Virus record (IMG/VR): IMGVR_UViG_3300032167_005013
Source of the DNA: a virus
Taxonomy: Duplodnaviria > Heunggongvirae > Uroviricota > Caudoviricetes
Reading direction: 5' to 3' (one strand)
Length of the DNA stretch: 64,000 nucleotides
Every line of letters begins with the position of its first letter. Within the stretch, counting starts at the first letter, position 1. This document shows positions 31,553 to 42,166 of the stretch, piece by piece. The translations under genes were made by a program, and so were the position numbers. Under the pieces are notes generated by a model that saw nothing but the letters and a program-made list of their open reading frames with translations, had not been told where the DNA came from and did no database searches.

Positions 31553-33193
31553 ATGGTAAATCAGTTTGTAAAGGAAACAACCTGCGGAGCAGGTTCGGCG
31601 AGAACATGGAATGGCGCCAGTAGTTATGCAAGCATCGGAACAGCAATGCTTGACCAGTTCGCAAAAGCAGGTTCAGCAAGAGGACGTGCTATTGAAGATG
31701 TGTTTGCTGATATGGGCCGTCTGTGGGCCGAGAACCCCGATTATGCACTTAAGTTCCCGTTCTATCTCAGAATGGTTACAAGAAAGGCCAAGATGTTTGG
31801 CGGTAATGTCACCGATGCAGTACAGCGCGGACAGGGTGTAAGGGATGAGGCTTTCAAGAGACTTCTTTGGCTTGCCCTCTATCAGCCCGATGTATTCTAT
31901 CAGAATCTGTGGGTACTGCCTATTGTTGGCTCATGGAAAGACCTATGGGTTCTTCTCAGTATGTCCGATGACCTGCAGAAGGAACGATTTTTCGAGGTAA
32001 TCGCAAAGGGTATCAACGATGAGTACCATCGTGAACTCGTAAAGAAGTATCTACCACGAATCAGAGCCAACGGAAAGTGTAAGACCGAATGGGCAAAGAA
32101 GAGCAACGCTCTTGCAAAGGAATTCTGTAAGTATGTTGGTTGGGCTCCTAAGGAATATCGTTCATTCAAGTCAACAGGTAAGGCACATGAATTTCAGCGT
32201 GTAATCTGTGGGCGTCTGTATGATGCACTTAATTTCAATACAATCCCGGGAAAGGCGCTTCTTAACCTTGTGTCAGGAGGTTTCCTTGATAACCACAATC
32301 TCACTGAAAAGTATCTTGAGTGGATTAAGTCTCAGCCTGTGGCAAAGTTTGTCGGGTATCCTTATGAACTTGCAGTAAAGGTCGAGGGGAATTTGTGGAC
32401 TCTGCCACTTACAGCCAAGATTACTATTGACAAGCAGTTCGATAATCTCATCAAGACTGCAAAGGAAGATGGTGGTGCCATCAAGGGAAATGTATGGTGC
32501 GCCATGGATAGAAGTGGTTCAATGACCGATAGAGTGAGCAGTGATTCTTATCTTATGGTCAGGACCGTATGTTATGCACTTGGTGTCTATTTCTCAACGC
32601 TGAATGAGGGAGCGTTTCATAAGAATGTCGTGATGTTCGATAATGAGTCAAAGTCGCTTCAACTTCAGGGCGATTTCACCGATATGTATCAGCAGGTATC
32701 TTGTGCTCCAGGTGGAATGGGCTCAACCAATTTCCAGAGCGTGATTGATGAAATGATAAGAATCAGAAAGTCTAAACCTGAAATTCCGGTAAGCGATTTC
32801 CCTGAGACGCTATTGGTGGTTTCCGACATGCAGTTCAACAAGACAGGCAAGTATCCGTGGGACCAGACTGAAGAGGATATCACAACTGAAGAGGATGAAA
32901 AGACCAATTTCGAACTTGCAAAGGCAAAACTTCGTAAGGTATTCCCTGAGGAGTTTGTCGATAACTTTAAGGTCGTATGGTGGCAGGTGAACGCCAAGAC
33001 AACTGATTTCCCTTCCAATATGGACTGTGGAGGAACTTATAACATAAGCGGCTTTGACGGTTCAATAGTATCTTTCCTTCTCGGAGGAGAAACAGTGGTT
33101 GACCCACAGACGGGAGAGAAGAGAGTTGCTACAATGGAGGAGATTATTGATAAGGCCCTGAATCAGGAAGTACTTTCAGTTCTTTCTCTCTAA
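31553..33193 (+). CDS. TROVE/Ro60-like (DUF2828-type) protein with C-terminal vWA domain
   Basis: GQGVRD, GSWKDL, KYLPR, YPYEL, MDRSGSM MIDAS, STNFQSV, VSDMQF, SGFD. Confidence 0.78.
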   Translation: MVNQFVKETTCGAGSARTWNGASSYASIGTAMLDQFAKAGSARGRAIEDVFADMGRLWAENPDYALKFPFYLRMVTRKAKMFGGNVTDAVQRGQGVRDEAFKRLLWLALYQPDVFYQNLWVLPIVGSWKDLWVLLSMSDDLQKERFFEVIAKGINDEYHRELVKKYLPRIRANGKCKTEWAKKSNALAKEFCKYVGWAPKEYRSFKSTGKAHEFQRVICGRLYDALNFNTIPGKALLNLVSGGFLDNHNLTEKYLEWIKSQPVAKFVGYPYELAVKVEGNLWTLPLTAKITIDKQFDNLIKTAKEDGGAIKGNVWCAMDRSGSMTDRVSSDSYLMVRTVCYALGVYFSTLNEGAFHKNVVMFDNESKSLQLQGDFTDMYQQVSCAPGGMGSTNFQSVIDEMIRIRKSKPEIPVSDFPETLLVVSDMQFNKTGKYPWDQTEEDITTEEDEKTNFELAKAKLRKVFPEEFVDNFKVVWWQVNAKTTDFPSNMDCGGTYNISGFDGSIVSFLLGGETVVDPQTGEKRVATMEEIIDKALNQEVLSVLSL

Positions 33194-33262
33194 AAATTAA
33201 AAGAGGTACAAAAACCGGTACCTCTTTTTTGTTTTTCCATTTATTTTCAGTATCTTTACCAC

Positions 33263-33937
33263 ATGATTTCAATTATAGAAAATAAAGAACTTATATATGA
33301 CATTCATCTATATGATGTTATACTTATTGGCACGTCCATCAATAATGCCCTCGGTAATGGCTTCCAATACCAAATAAAGAAATCTTTTCCTGAAGTAGAT
33401 ATTGCTAATAAGAATACACCATATGGCGATATAAGAAAATTAGGTACTGTTCAAATTGTAAAAAAATATGATAAAATATTTTGTCTGTTGTATATAAACA
33501 AAAGCCGCCGGAGGCCCGACCTCTGTCCGGACTATCTCGATTATGATGCGCTTGAATCAACGATGAAAATAATAAACGATAGGTTTTCAGGAAAAAGAAT
33601 CTGTAGCACAATTTTAGGCAACTCAGTATATGAAGGCGAAGGAAATAAAGAACGCATCTTAAACATAATCGAAAACAATTCCGATAATATTGACCTTACA
33701 TTATATGATTATGAACAACCGGATTATGAGGAAGAAAGAAACCGAAGGTGGAAACAAATACAAGAATCAATAGGAAAGGTAAGCCCCGAGGAATATCGGG
33801 AAATGAAAAAAGTTTATTATTGGCAGAATGCGTTCGGTCCGCTTACATGGCCGCCAACAGATATGGGGGAACGCGAAGTACGGGAATTTATTAAACAAAA
33901 CAAGAACAAACCTATTGATATTCCAAAAGAAATATAG
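33263..33937 (+). CDS. macrodomain-like (ADP-ribose-processing) protein
   Basis: NNALGNGFQYQIKKSFPEV..LGT..LYI..DYDAL pattern. Confidence 0.6.
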   Translation: MISIIENKELIYDIHLYDVILIGTSINNALGNGFQYQIKKSFPEVDIANKNTPYGDIRKLGTVQIVKKYDKIFCLLYINKSRRRPDLCPDYLDYDALESTMKIINDRFSGKRICSTILGNSVYEGEGNKERILNIIENNSDNIDLTLYDYEQPDYEEERNRRWKQIQESIGKVSPEEYREMKKVYYWQNAFGPLTWPPTDMGEREVREFIKQNKNKPIDIPKEI

Positions 33938-34030
33938 GTTTTAAGACCAAAACCCTTGAAATATCAATAGATGGAAAATCACAGTACGATGGTAATTTAT
34001 ACAAAATCATACCAAAATTTATAACGAATT

Positions 34031-34777
34031 ATGGAAAAATCACAATACATTGGGATTACAGAAACATCTGACCCTGCATTCCACCTTGATATCTTTAACC
34101 ATTTACATGAAGGGAATATTATCATAACAAAATCCCTTACCAATAAACTGCTTGAAAAACTTGTCGAACATAAAGAACGATGTGTTCTTCATGTGACCTG
34201 CACAGGAATGGGCGGAACTAAGATAGAACCCTTCGTACCTACGGTAGAAAAAACGAGGAAACAACTTAAGAAACTTATTGAAGATGGTTTCCCGGTTTCT
34301 CAGATTGTACTAAGAATCGACCCGATAGTACCAACAAAGAAGGGCCTTGACACAGCAAAAAAAGTATTGACCCTATTCTCAGACCTACATATTCCACGAG
34401 TGAGAATTTCATTCCTTGATATGTATAAGCATGTCAAGGCAAGATTTGATGAACATAACATTCCACTCCCTTATGATTCCTTCCATGCAAGTTCAAAACT
34501 GAGATTCGAAGCTTATGATGAACTGAAGAACCATGCCTTTACATTGGGGTACGGAAAGGTCGTTACATGTGGAGAACCGGGATTCGATGAAACCCCGTGC
34601 ATATCCCAAGAAGATATCAACATTCTCGGACTTGAGAATAAGATTGTTTTGAAAGGAAAGAAAGAACAAAGAACATCCTGCAGTTGCCCGCAAAATAAAA
34701 AAGAACTCATACCATATAAGGAAAGAACAGAACATAAGTGTGGGCACGGTTGCCTCTATTGCTATATGAAAGATTGA
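34031..34777 (+). CDS. DUF1848-like / radical-SAM-related protein
   Basis: LRIDPI; C-terminal CSC..CGHGCLYCY. Confidence 0.6.
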   Translation: MEKSQYIGITETSDPAFHLDIFNHLHEGNIIITKSLTNKLLEKLVEHKERCVLHVTCTGMGGTKIEPFVPTVEKTRKQLKKLIEDGFPVSQIVLRIDPIVPTKKGLDTAKKVLTLFSDLHIPRVRISFLDMYKHVKARFDEHNIPLPYDSFHASSKLRFEAYDELKNHAFTLGYGKVVTCGEPGFDETPCISQEDINILGLENKIVLKGKKEQRTSCSCPQNKKELIPYKERTEHKCGHGCLYCYMKD

Positions 34778-34882
34778 CTATGATGCAAATTAAAGATTAT
34801 CCTAAGTGGAGAAAAGAAAATCCTGAAGCAAAGACGGTGATGGTTGACCATGGAAAATACGAAAAATGTAAAACAAAATTAA

Positions 34883-35302
34883 ATGGACCTTGTGAAATAT
34901 CTTGACAAACTCTTCCAACTTAAAAAGGAGAAAGGATGGGAATATCTTTACATTATGGTGGATGTGCATAATACAATATTAAGACCCACATATACCAAGG
35001 CCGAGATATATGATTTTTTCCCATACGCAAAGTCAGTGTTGAATATATTATCAAAAAGACTTGACGTGAAACTCATCATGTGGAGTTCATCATATCCTGA
35101 TGTGTGTGAGAAATATAGGGAAGGATTCAAGAAATATGATATCGTCTTCGACTACATAAATGAAAATCCGGAGATTAATGACGATTATGTCAGATGCTTT
35201 ATGGAGAAATTCTATTATGACCTCGGCATTGATGATAAATTTGGATTTGATGCAGAAACCGATTGGAAACCGTTGTATGATTATTTAACAAGTAGATTAT
35301 GA
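34883..35302 (+). CDS. HAD-like hydrolase
   Basis: MVDVHNTI, LIMWSS, YINENPE, IDDK. Confidence 0.6.
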   Translation: MDLVKYLDKLFQLKKEKGWEYLYIMVDVHNTILRPTYTKAEIYDFFPYAKSVLNILSKRLDVKLIMWSSSYPDVCEKYREGFKKYDIVFDYINENPEINDDYVRCFMEKFYYDLGIDDKFGFDAETDWKPLYDYLTSRL

Positions 35303-35652
35303 ATGTAGTAAATAATGGAATATCTAACTTCATTAAGAACCACCCTGATGCAGAAATCAATGTGGTTGAAGAAATGCTGTCGTTGTTGAAGAATTTCAAG
35401 GACATTGATGTTGATGACCTTATCGCTTATTATGTGGGTGATGACGATTATCTTGTTCTGCGCCTATATAAAGGAAAGAAAGAGATTAGCGTTATAAAAA
35501 ATCTTACGATAGAAGAGGATGATGATGGGATTACCGACCCTATATATCAGATTATCGGGTGGCATGAAAAAACGGTTAAAACATGTGGCGATTCAGATGA
35601 TATTGAATGTATAGTGAAAGTCGTTACCGATTTTTTAAAAGGTGAGAATTAA
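35299..35652 (+). CDS. hypothetical protein
   Basis: 117-aa ORF. Confidence 0.55.
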   Translation: MNVVNNGISNFIKNHPDAEINVVEEMLSLLKNFKDIDVDDLIAYYVGDDDYLVLRLYKGKKEISVIKNLTIEEDDDGITDPIYQIIGWHEKTVKTCGDSDDIECIVKVVTDFLKGEN

Positions 35653-35697
35653 ACCAATTCTCATCTTTTTCTTATGTAACAGCTGTTTTTTAAACCT

Positions 35698-35808
35698 TAA
35701 AAAATTCCGGAAAAAATTTTTTCATAAACCCTACTTTTTAAATGATGTCAGTCCTAAAAAAAATGTAAAAAATTCCGGAAAAAATTTTTTCATAAACCCT
35801 ACTTTTTA
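35698..35808. repeat. 43-bp direct repeat, 2 copies
   Basis: TAAAAAATTCCGGAAAAAATTTTTTCATAAACCCTACTTTTTA at 35698-35740 and 35766-35808; partial third copy at ~35850. Confidence 0.9.
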
Positions 35809-36052
35809 GGGGTTTTCTTCCCATGGAGTAAGTCTGTGGAAAAACGCGATTTTTCCGGGAAAAATTTTGTCGAAGAACTGTGCGGACTAAAGTGGCATTT
35901 TTACCGGCGGGGGCGTATGGGAGGGGCGTGATGGAGTAGGGGCGGGGGTATATGGTGGGTATATAAAAGAAATTATATATAAAATATATTATACAAAAAA
36001 AGGACTGACATTTTGTCAGTCCACAACAACAATATGAGATATGAAATACAAC

Positions 36053-36397
36053 TTAATCCAAGCAGTTGGGTTCAAGTGTTTCAAGCGTTTCCATTAAGAT
36101 TTCCATATAAGGTAGACGGAAAAGGTTAGTAGTTTCGGGATGCTCATCACATGGGACAAACTTGGTTTCGTTCTCGAATCTGAATTCAATTTCACTAGCA
36201 AAAGCGGGTGAAAGCCTTATGTCCGTGATATTAGTTTGTCTATTATCGACAATAGCAGGGACGGGCTTATTGAAAGTCAGTTCGGTAAGATTATTTTCCA
36301 CCAATACACGATAGATTTCAGTTTCGATTGCGATGGTGAGGTCTGTCATTTTTTCCATAAAGGAGCGGCAGTTCATAATGGTTTGATGTTTCAGCAT
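36053..36397 (-). CDS. hypothetical protein
   Basis: Preceded by a sigma54-like box at 36433-36448 (minus strand). Confidence 0.65.
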   Translation of the reverse strand: MLKHQTIMNCRSFMEKMTDLTIAIETEIYRVLVENNLTELTFNKPVPAIVDNRQTNITDIRLSPAFASEIEFRFENETKFVPCDEHPETTNLFRLPYMEILMETLETLEPNCLD

Positions 36398-36543
36398 GGT
36401 AGTGATGTTTAATTGATTACATCTTCATTTATCGCAAAGTCCGTGCCAAATTCTATCTATTAAGAAAGAATTTATCTTGTATCTTGGAGATAGTTTCCAC
36501 AGCACCCCAAATAAGGAGTGCTATGATTATAGGGTTATTCATA

Positions 36544-36867
36544 TTATTTTACTATACTATAAAGCCCGATTTTGTATTTCATTGTAATGATAACCTGTTT
36601 CAGTGCGTTTTCGATTTCTTTTTCATTTTTAAGAAAAAGCATATCCTTACCAAAGGTTTTGAAAAACGCATCTTGTATTTCTCCGTGCAGTCCGACAAGG
36701 CGGAAATAGTTATCCCTTATAGGGTATTCAAGTTTTGAACAATATATATTGGTAGAGAAAACCCTTACAAACTTTGGCGGGTCGTTTGGTTTGTCCTCTC
36801 TTGTTGCAAGCACTTCAAAGTTAGGAAAGTTTGAAAATCCTTTGTCGTAAGTAATGCGTGTTTCCAT
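36544..36867 (-). CDS. hypothetical protein
   Basis: sigma54-like box at 36903-36918 (minus strand). Confidence 0.65.
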   Translation of the reverse strand: METRITYDKGFSNFPNFEVLATREDKPNDPPKFVRVFSTNIYCSKLEYPIRDNYFRLVGLHGEIQDAFFKTFGKDMLFLKNEKEIENALKQVIITMKYKIGLYSIVK

Positions 36868-36938
36868 ATTCTTTGTTGTTAGTTGTTTACATCTTACTTT
36901 AATGCAAAGACCATGCCAAAGTGGATAGTTTTATATTA

Positions 36939-37280
36939 CTATCCACATATTTTGTTGGTTTGGTTTTCGCTGATAGGAGTTGCATAATCATCAGAGGTGG
37001 TGTAGTTGGTTCTGACCTCAGGAGTGCCCTCATAGTATTGTGTGATGTTATAGTCATTGACTATTTGAGTTATTTCGGTTTCCACCATATCAATACATTG
37101 AGTTGTATTCAAAAGGATATGCCTCCCAAAAATATCAATGATGTCAAGAAAGCCATTTGTATAGGCTTTTTCAAAAGGGTTATCGGTTTTAACGAATATA
37201 ACTCCGTTATTTACTTTTGTGATTTTCCACCCTTTGAAAATTGTTACCTTTGTTGTTGAAGTTGCCTTAATGAAAGCCAT
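36939..37280 (-). CDS. hypothetical protein
   Basis: sigma54-like box at 37317-37332 (minus strand). Confidence 0.65.
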   Translation of the reverse strand: MAFIKATSTTKVTIFKGWKITKVNNGVIFVKTDNPFEKAYTNGFLDIIDIFGRHILLNTTQCIDMVETEITQIVNDYNITQYYEGTPEVRTNYTTSDDYATPISENQTNKICG

Positions 37281-37546
37281 TGTGTTAGTTGTTTAATTGA
37301 TTACATCTTCATTTATTGCAAAGTCTGTGCCATAGATGTTATAATGAGAAAAAAATATATTATAATATAATAATATATGGTATAAAGATTTTTATATATT
37401 GTTATGGTTTGGCATAGATATTGCATAATGTAGGAATGTAGTTCTTTGAGAATAGAGTAAAAAAGTTTTTAATTTTCTATTAGAAAATTAAAGGTTTGGC
37501 ACGATATTCGCATATAGAATAGATGTAAACAACTAACAATAAAGAT

Positions 37547-38062
37547 ATGACAAACATTATTTCAGCACTTGCAAATGCAAAGGGATTTCAGTTCGTGGGA
37601 CTTACTTACGAAAATGAGGTAAAAATGAACAAGACCGGTAATCCGTATTACGGTAGAGTTACCAAGAGGGTCAGCGGTCAGATGTGTTTCAATGGAAACT
37701 ATGAAAATATGGTCAACAACCGCCTTACGAAAGAGGGTGTAGAGTTTGAGTTTGTTGCAGGCAGTCTCCCTTGGGGTCAGTGGGTCGAGGGTTGTGAGAA
37801 TAAAGTAATCGCACATAAGGGAGAGTTTTACATAAGACTTTATCCAACTCCGAACACAAAGATGAAAGTGACTTACTACCTTGATGGTGTGGAGTGTACT
37901 GACACTGACATGAAATATATCACTCCGTTTCTTCCTCAACGAAAGGAATCCGCAAAGCAGGAGAACGCAGGATTGGAGGGAGCAAAGCAGTTACACCCGC
38001 AGAACATTAAGGTCAGCAACATTAAGAAACTGACTATCGGTGGAGCGGAATACATAATGTAG
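37547..38062 (+). CDS. hypothetical phage protein (LPWGQW motif)
   Basis: 171-aa ORF; boxes at 37410 and 37497. Confidence 0.75.
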   Translation: MTNIISALANAKGFQFVGLTYENEVKMNKTGNPYYGRVTKRVSGQMCFNGNYENMVNNRLTKEGVEFEFVAGSLPWGQWVEGCENKVIAHKGEFYIRLYPTPNTKMKVTYYLDGVECTDTDMKYITPFLPQRKESAKQENAGLEGAKQLHPQNIKVSNIKKLTIGGAEYIM

Positions 38063-38183
38063 GTACTCAAAAGAGTATAGGGAGTTGAAAAATACTCCCT
38101 AACTTTTTAAGAGTTTTTAAAACATTGGCATACTTATTGTTATATATAAACATAAGTACATAACCGGATTAAAACCTATTGAC

Positions 38184-38516
38184 ATGAAAGAGACCCTTAC
38201 ATCAATCAGCAACATCAGCAAGAGGATAATGGAAAAGATGGGAGTTAACTCCCGAGCAACAAAAGCCTTTTGGCAAATGGGTAGTGGGGAAAAGGAGAAT
38301 GTAGTATTTTCGCTTATTGATTACAGCGATGAAGATGTTGAAAAGTATTGCCCGTCATTCATCAGCATTGACAATGAAACGCAGGTAATGACATTCTTCT
38401 ATGACGGCATTCCGTATTTCTCAAATAAATTAAGTCTTGTTGACCTCAAGAGGATACGAGCAGGCTTGCTGAAACTTGAACGAAATCGGCATAAGATTGA
38501 ACAGATATTTGACTAA
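38184..38516 (+). CDS. hypothetical protein
   Basis: Box at 38126. Confidence 0.65.
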   Translation: MKETLTSISNISKRIMEKMGVNSRATKAFWQMGSGEKENVVFSLIDYSDEDVEKYCPSFISIDNETQVMTFFYDGIPYFSNKLSLVDLKRIRAGLLKLERNRHKIEQIFD

Positions 38517-38622
38517 ATGAATGGAAGTACTCAAATGAGTACTTCTTTTTTTTTATATATGATATAAGTTTGGCATTGTTTTTGCATTACATAGAAATGT
38601 AATCAAATAATACAAAACAGAT

Positions 38623-38985
38623 ATGAAAAAACAGGACAAACCTACATCAGTCGGCATCATTGAAAGCAGGAATACACATATCCCCCACACGATTTTGCAG
38701 CAAATCAAATATCCAAACCTTGTAATCTTTTTTACTTGGGGTGCAAAGGGTTTTACAATGGGGCAAAGCAATGATGAACGCAAAGAGCCTTGTTTGATGT
38801 TTAAGGTCAGTGGCCGCAAATTTAAGGGATATGTTCATATCTTTTATGATTGGTCAGACTATTATAGGGTTGAATTTGTATCAACACATAGGAATCTGAA
38901 AAAGGTCGTTAATGAAGTCTATTTTGACGAGTTGCAGTCAGTAATTGATGAATATGTTGAAAAATGCGAAGATTATGCCTTTTAA
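38623..38985 (+). CDS. hypothetical phage protein
   Basis: Box at 38571. Confidence 0.7.
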   Translation: MKKQDKPTSVGIIESRNTHIPHTILQQIKYPNLVIFFTWGAKGFTMGQSNDERKEPCLMFKVSGRKFKGYVHIFYDWSDYYRVEFVSTHRNLKKVVNEVYFDELQSVIDEYVEKCEDYAF

Positions 38986-39041
38986 TGGCATAGTCTTTGC
39001 ATATAATAGAAATGTAATATTTCTATTAACTGAAAATTATT

Positions 39042-39296
39042 ATGGCAAAGAAAAAGAGAAAGGGTTTATATAAACTCAACAAAGAAGCCAAAGTGGGAGA
39101 AACAATAGAATGCCCTATCTGTCATACCAAGTTCACTAAAAGGCAGTATTCACAAGCCTTTTGCTCTACAAGGTGCAAGGATAGATTTTGGAACTCCAAG
39201 GGAGACCGACACCGATATGTGGACTATCCCGACAATGACTTTGGCGATAGGGAAATGGATGAAATGTTCGGGGTTGCCGAATATAATGTCGAATAG
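39042..39296 (+). CDS. small zinc-finger protein
   Basis: CPIC...FCSTRC; box at 38986. Confidence 0.65.
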   Translation: MAKKKRKGLYKLNKEAKVGETIECPICHTKFTKRQYSQAFCSTRCKDRFWNSKGDRHRYVDYPDNDFGDREMDEMFGVAEYNVE

Positions 39297-39919
39297 GTTG
39301 TTTATAAAAATCAAATGCCACAAAAATGTCCTATATTTTATAGATACAAGAGGTTTTGGGCATATCGTGGGTAATTTGTCTAATAAGATGGCTATATTCC
39401 CGATTTACCATTCTGTCTATAAACATCTGTATGAAGATGTCAATGTGGCACAGAAATTGCAATAATAAAATAGAAACCAATAAAAACAAAAAGATATGCT
39501 ACTAACGATTATCATCAGTGCAATGCTGACAACATTTCCAAAAGAGGAAACACCGAAAGCAATCCGTTTCAGCAACGATATGGTGCTTGTGGAGGAAACA
39601 ACATTACCAAAGCCGTTTGTAACCAACAAAAAGTAAAATGCTATGAACGGAGGAAATTGGGGATAATAAAAATAAATGATTATGGGAAAATCATTATCAA
39701 ATCGTAATTGGGAGAAAATTACCAACGAAGAAAGGGACAGGTATCTTAATGATGAAGAAACTTGGTTTGTGGAGGAGTTTGCGGAGGGAAAACTCTATAT
39801 GAACAATGTTGATGGTTATGTCGTGCTTGACCGAGTATTTGAAACATTGTGGTCGTGGATTTAGAGTTTGGCACGGAGTTTGCAATAAAATATCGTGAAA
39901 CCAAATAACTAAATGAGGT

Positions 39920-40255
39920 ATGGTAACAAAGGAATACATTGAAAAGTTGATTGCAAAGAACAATGCACAACTTAAAACCTATAAGAGCAACTTGGAGGAG
40001 AACTATCTTCATCATTTTGAGTGGCTTGCTGAAAGGATTTTTAAGTTGGAGTGGAAAAACAAGATATTGAATGATATTCTTGTGCTGTTCAATGATGCAA
40101 ATATAAAAGCCGATGATGCAGTTAAGAGGTTAAAAGACCGATTTAGGGATGACCTTATAACAAAAAGGCTTATGCAGTCATCATCAAATCCACTTGCAAA
40201 CCTATCAAGCCTTTGGATAAATGAGTGCAAGCAGGAAATGATTGCAGAACTCTGA
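39920..40255 (+). CDS. hypothetical protein
   Basis: Box at 39869. Confidence 0.65.
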   Translation: MVTKEYIEKLIAKNNAQLKTYKSNLEENYLHHFEWLAERIFKLEWKNKILNDILVLFNDANIKADDAVKRLKDRFRDDLITKRLMQSSSNPLANLSSLWINECKQEMIAEL

Positions 40256-40771
40256 CAAGTTTGGCACGGAACTTGCAATAAAATAAATCAAAAAGAAAGT
40301 ATAACCTTTTAACGGATGGAGGGTACACCAATGCACCGATAAGAGATTAAATTGAAAACTTGATTATTAGAAAATTTACGAAATAAACCAACCGAGATAT
40401 ATAGGTTTTAGAGGGTTAGCCGTTTTAGAGTATATCGCAATTTGTTCGTGATATGAACACAAGAGACCGACCATAAAGGGCATACGCAATTTATTATATT
40501 CTGGATTTTTGAAACTTAATTAGGAACCTTTTAATGCGCCCTGCCTATGGGAACAAGAGCATCACCAAGTTAGACATAGATTATTTTATTGATTGAGCAT
40601 TTTAATATAACAAGGGGTTTGTCATTGATATGTTAAGTTGGAGCGAAACCACCAAACCCCCCCAAAGAATTTAGGTTAGTTGTCTATATGTTGAGTTTTC
40701 CGTGTTATGTTGTGAAATATGGCACGGATTTTGTTATAAATGAAGATGTAAACAATTTAAAACAAGATAAC

Positions 40772-41242
40772 ATGAATAAGAATTTTGAAAATCTAACAAA
40801 GGATGAACTTCTAACACTCCGTAAGGACATTGTGTTAAATTCAATATTTATTCACGATTATGAGAATAGTTTTGGCTTTGATTCTCATAAGGTATCAGTT
40901 TTCTTTGATAGTTTTGTGGAATATATCTGCGAACTTGCTGAGGAAAATGGTGTAAAGGACTTTGAAAGGATACTTAAAGAATATGACACTATCGACAACC
41001 TTTGGTCTTGGTTTAATTGTTATGACGATTTATCGTGGATGACATTTGCCAATGGCTTTAGAATTGGGGATAAAGTTAAGTGGGAGGACTCGGGACTTGA
41101 TGACTTTGATTTCAACGAAAGAGAAAGTCAGAAAGAAAGAGTGTATAAAATTATTGGAGTATTGAACGATGAAATGTTCCTTATTTCGGATGAATATGGA
41201 GAATCCGAGGTGTTTGCTGATGAACTGATAAAAGTGGCATAG
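40772..41242 (+). CDS. hypothetical acidic protein
   Basis: Box at 40720; stop codon lies inside the next promoter box. Confidence 0.7.
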   Translation: MNKNFENLTKDELLTLRKDIVLNSIFIHDYENSFGFDSHKVSVFFDSFVEYICELAEENGVKDFERILKEYDTIDNLWSWFNCYDDLSWMTFANGFRIGDKVKWEDSGLDDFDFNERESQKERVYKIIGVLNDEMFLISDEYGESEVFADELIKVA

Positions 41243-41281
41243 TCTTTGCATATAATAGAAATGAACTTAAATAGCAAAAAT

Positions 41282-41770
41282 ATGAATATTCAAGACATTC
41301 AGAAAACACTTTCCGATGATTTAATTTCTTGCGATGTATATGAGTGGGAAAATGGTGTTTATGTCGAAATTGAATATGGAGATTGGAAACATGACCACCT
41401 GCGATGTGATTACCTTATGAAAACAATGGGATATAGTCTTATAGAAGAAAAGGTAACAAAACAGGACGGTAGCGATTGTTATGGTTCTATTCATATCTAC
41501 GAGAAAGGTGGGTTAATGAAACTGAATGACATTCGTAATGTGTTAAGGCACGGAAAACTCTATTGGAAATTCAGTTGGGTTAAGGATTATGGCAACGGCA
41601 CAAAGTTAATTGAATATAAGTCTTTCAAGTCCGCAAGAGGAAAAAAGCATATCAGTATCTTGCAGATTGGATATAGGGTCAACGATTTTGGTGTAATATC
41701 TTGCGGTTATACCAAAGATGAGGAGCATAAAGAAATAATTTTTATATCTGACCTTGAGGGTTTGGCATAG
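41282..41770 (+). CDS. hypothetical protein
   Basis: Box at 41235. Confidence 0.65.
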   Translation: MNIQDIQKTLSDDLISCDVYEWENGVYVEIEYGDWKHDHLRCDYLMKTMGYSLIEEKVTKQDGSDCYGSIHIYEKGGLMKLNDIRNVLRHGKLYWKFSWVKDYGNGTKLIEYKSFKSARGKKHISILQIGYRVNDFGVISCGYTKDEEHKEIIFISDLEGLA

Positions 41771-41813
41771 TCTTTGCAATAAGATAAGATGTAAATCAAT
41801 AAAAACATTTGTT

Positions 41814-42005
41814 ATGACACATACGAGAACAACCGACAATGGTATCCGTTTCAAGACAACGACTGAGTTTGAAACATGGTGGAGTGAATATGATATGGCA
41901 GTTGCTGAAACGCACCTTGCCAACTATGATAAAATTATTGTCGATGAATATGGCTGTCCTATTGACAATGAGTATGACCTTGCTGAGATAGAGGAATATC
42001 TTTAA
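41814..42005 (+). CDS. small acidic protein
   Basis: Box at 41763. Confidence 0.6.
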   Translation: MTHTRTTDNGIRFKTTTEFETWWSEYDMAVAETHLANYDKIIVDEYGCPIDNEYDLAEIEEYL

Positions 42006-42166
42006 AGTAAATATCCCTGCCCTGAGAAGCATATGCAGAGGTAGAATAAGCGGTTGACCGTAATTAAGTCCGTGTAAAGTAACTCAAAGGAGCGGAGGGC
42101 AGGGTTTTTTAATACTTTGGCATAGTCTTTGCAGTATAGTAAAGTACAATCAAATACCGACACGAT

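Noticed and set aside
42012-42110. Hammerhead ribozyme
   Set aside because: CTGAGAA does not match the CUGANGA core and there is no properly placed GAAA.
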